Source: Penicillus capitatus
Lineage: Eukaryota > Plantae > Chlorophyta
Direction of reading: 5' to 3'
Length of the DNA: 64,000 nt
Assembly (NCBI GenBank): GCA_965649825.1
Contig: OZ287697.1
Coordinates: forward strand, 1,536,351 to 1,600,350
Shown here: one piece after another, positions 60,901 to 64,000 of the stretch
How positions within the stretch are numbered: position 1 is the stretch's first letter
Layout of the letters: each line of letters begins with the position of its first letter
Position numbers and translations under genes: made by a program
The notes under the pieces: model-generated
What the model was told of the DNA's origin: nothing
What the model saw: only the letters and a program-made list of their open reading frames with translations
The model's database searches: none

Positions 60901-63900
60901 TCCATTCCGACTGCAGGACCTTGGCCGAAGTCGTCAACACCTCTCAGTGCAATAGCGGGAAGCGGCGAGCCACTCTTGTAGTTGCTTATGATGTAGGCGT
61001 CTTCGTTTACCGACACCACGTCTTCCTCCTCCTCGCTGAGTATGTGCGACTGGACGTTGGACATAAAGGATGCAACTTCTCGGCCGTATCTGGCAGCTGC
61101 GTTGCCCGACAGAGCTGGACAGATGTCCTCTGCGAATTCGAGGCCCATCAGAGACTCCAACTGCTTTCTCGAATAGAATTCCGATTCTGCACTAGATGTC
61201 TGGGCCGGACACTGGACTCGCATGATCGCCGCCCTGTCGACGACGACTCCTCCACCAGCCGCTTCTGCTTCGTTCGCCGAGATGGAAGAGTTGACCACGG
61301 CGACGACGCCGCAGATGTCTCCTTGTCTCTGCGAGCAGTTCTGGTGCGCCGCTTGCACCTCTCTGGCAACATGCAGTCCACCTGCGCGATAGGATGATCA
61401 CTTCTCCTCTGTTGGCACACATGAGAATACCTCCGTACACTGCTGAGTTGTTCACCACAGTGCTCTCCACCAACTGGAGAGCGAGGGATCGGGGATCAGT
61501 GTACTCAAGGAAGATCGTTCCTCCGCGTGTTGCTCTATTGTCTTGCAGTGTGCAGTTGACGCACAGAATGCGCGAGGCAGATCTGCCCGCGATGGCACCA
61601 CCGTCCTCCTCCGCTGTGCAGCGAGACACAGTCAGATTCTTCGCCCTGACATCGGACTCCGACAACGCAATGGCGCCTCCGTCGACATCGGCACTGCCGT
61701 TGAACATCGACGTCGATTCCATGAACATCACGCTTCTCTTCTCGGCACTTACAAAGCCGCCGCTTTCGGAGGCCTTTCCCTCAGTGATTTCCAGGTCACT
61801 GAGGCTCAGCGTCGACTCGGAGAGGAAGAAGCTGCCACCCTGCTCGGCTGTGCCATCTGTGAAGCGGCTGGATGTGATACTCAGGGATGAAGCCTTCATG
61901 TGGCAGTGTCCTCCGGATTCTGCAGCACGGTTACCAGTAAACGTGACGTTCGCCAGATTCCCAGTGCTGTTCCTTCGCAGATCGAGAGCTCCGCCCATTC
62001 GGGCAGTGTTGTTGCTGATGTGCATGTCCGTGATGTCGACAGTGCCTGGCCTTGTGGAGAACAGTCCACCTCCGTTGTTGATGGCATTGTTCCCTGCGAG
62101 AAGCAGTTGGCTGGCAGTAAGATTGCTCCGAGACAAGTAGATGCCGCCTCCCTCGTTATCAGAATGACTGGCTGTGATACTGACATTTGCCAACACAGCA
62201 GATGCATGCTCTGTCAAGCGCAGTCCACCACCATCCTTAGATGCCCAACAGTCCTGGATGGTCGTATTCCGCAGCGTGAGATTTCCACTTCTAATATTGA
62301 TGCAGCCACCCACTCGAGCAGTCCCATTCTCTAATGATGAATCACTGATGAGCAGAAGACGGGGTTCTATGGCTTGTATGAATCCGCCAGTCTCACATCG
62401 ACTGTTCTTGAAAGTGCATCGACTCAGGTTGAATGTGGAATGCTCAGTATATAGTGCGCCGCCGTTCTGCGTGCTCTGATTATCGATGAAAGTAACATTT
62501 ACTAAAGCATCGTCGTCGCTGTGAGTTTCCAGCATGGCGCCACCAGCTCTGGCAGAATTGTTCTTGAAGACAGAGTTGATTACGGTCATGTTCCTCGAAC
62601 CGACGGCGTAGAGGCCTCCTGCTGATTGAATGACAGCATTCCCTTCAAAAATCAACTCATCTCCAAAAATCGTTGATCCAAATCCATAGACGCCCCCTCC
62701 ATATCCTGCTCGATTTGCTACAAAGCGTGTACGAGTGATGATAGCTGTTCCAAATTGGGCCACTAAGATGCCGCCTCCACTTTGTGCAGCTTGGCACTCT
62801 TGAAGGGTCACATTGTGAACAGTGACTGTAGCCATCCCGCAGTTCACGCAAGCGCCTGACCTTGCAGTGCCATTTCTGAAGAGAGAATGTCTGACGTCGA
62901 CGTAAGATCCTTCTCTGATCTTTATACATCCGCCACTTTCTGCCCTTCCGTTGGCGAGGATGCACCGTCTGATAGTGGCATTCGACTCGGAGACAAGGAC
63001 GGATCCTCCCTCTAAGGATGCAGAATTCTCGGTGAAGGTGACGTCGACGAAGTCGCCAACGGAATTTGATAAAAGCCAGACTGCTCCTCCTCTCTCGGCC
63101 GAGTTGTTGCGGAAAAGCGAATCTCTGATGGACAGTTCCGACTCCACTGCGTGCACGGCGCTTCCATTGTTGTCTGCCAGATTCAGTCCATCGCCGACGA
63201 TCTGCGTCTCCGTGATGTAGAGTCCCGCTCCTTGTTCTGCCGATCCATTGTCGATGCGGCATCTTCGGATGTCGAGTCTGGATTCTTTGGCATGAACTGC
63301 ACCGCCAGACGTCGATGCGTTGTTCTGGTCGAACTCGCAGTCGGAGAGGTTGGCCGAGAGGGCCAGATCCAGATAGAGAACGCCGCCGACGTCGGCTGCG
63401 TTCTTGCTGAAAGTGGTATCTGCGATGGCGACGTTAGATTCGGAGGCGGCCATCACTCCGCCAGAACTGTTGGCCCTGTTTGAGACGAATCGGCATGACC
63501 GGATGAGGGCAGAGCTAGCCGCTCGAAGACTCAAGGCGCCGCCCTGTCTTGCTTCGTTCCGTCTGAATGTGTCGTTCGCCAAGGTCACATTCGAGCTTGT
63601 TGCTAAGATGGTGGATCCGTTCATGCCAGCATTCTCTTCGAAACGAGTGTCCCGGACGGATGCAGATGCACTCGACAGTCGAATGCATGGAGTGGCAGCG
63701 TCCGCCTCGGACATGTTGACTGTATTCCGGACGAAGGAAGCGTTAGACAGATCCAACGATCCACTCTCGACATGGATGATGGGACACGCGTTCCCCGTTG
63801 CGTCCATGCGCTCGATGAATGTCTCTGACCCGTCTGAACCGTGGAACACTACTGTGCTGGCGTTGGCGGAGTCCGACAGACGGTTCTGCCGAACGCGGAT

Positions 63901-64000
63901 GTTCTGCAGCCGGTTCCGACGAGACAGCGTCACACCACAGTGACCGCCGCACTCGTTGTCGGAGAATTCGAAGTCCATCAGTTCCAGTCTGGAGCAGGAA
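57960..64000. repeat. Segmental duplication, copy 2 (copy 1 = 4920-10963)
   Basis: Colinear with the P1 region, including introns and 3' flank. Confidence 0.95.
58636..64000 (-). CDS. P6: recent duplicate of P1, 5' end beyond the window
   Basis: ORFs 61192-63978, 59859-61358 and 58636-59676 are colinear with P1 exons and have the same splice sites. No disruptions seen. Confidence 0.9.

Noticed and set aside
5595-64000. Bacterial (Chlamydia-type) Pmp autotransporter locus
   Set aside because: The genes have spliceosomal introns at shared positions and end in alpha-helical multi-pass domains, not an autotransporter beta-barrel.
1-64000. tRNA, rRNA or CRISPR arrays
   Set aside because: No cloverleaf with A/B boxes, rRNA-like conserved blocks or repeat-spacer arrays were seen by eye; tRNAscan-SE or Infernal would be needed to exclude small RNAs.

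Overview
Eukaryotic nuclear DNA with spliceosomal introns of 45-65 nt and the standard genetic code. An algal, possibly green-lineage, origin is suggested only weakly. Most of the window is a cluster of six paralogous genes (P1-P6, about 2,000 aa each) plus three decayed remnants. Each gene encodes a signal peptide, an R-x-L-x-Q motif, a long GGA(I/V)-type right-handed beta-helix ectodomain (Pmp-like repeats), a Cys-rich stalk and a multi-pass membrane domain. P1 and P6 are a recent segmental duplicate pair with a hypervariable central patch. P2 is disrupted by an ORF1-only LINE derivative with a 15-bp TSD and an A-tail. The window also holds two Ty3/gypsy LTR elements. Element A (148-4672) is old and decayed and has a MITE in its 5' LTR. 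Element B (13690-20140) is intact, with identical 157-bp LTRs. Element B is the most unusual object: its ORF1 has an ER signal peptide, a domain resembling a Walker-less Torsin/LAP1-type AAA+ fold and membrane segments, fused in frame to Gag, a CCHC knuckle and protease. Its pol is reachable by a -1 slip at A-AAA-AAC. All domain assignments are by-eye motif matches, not database searches.
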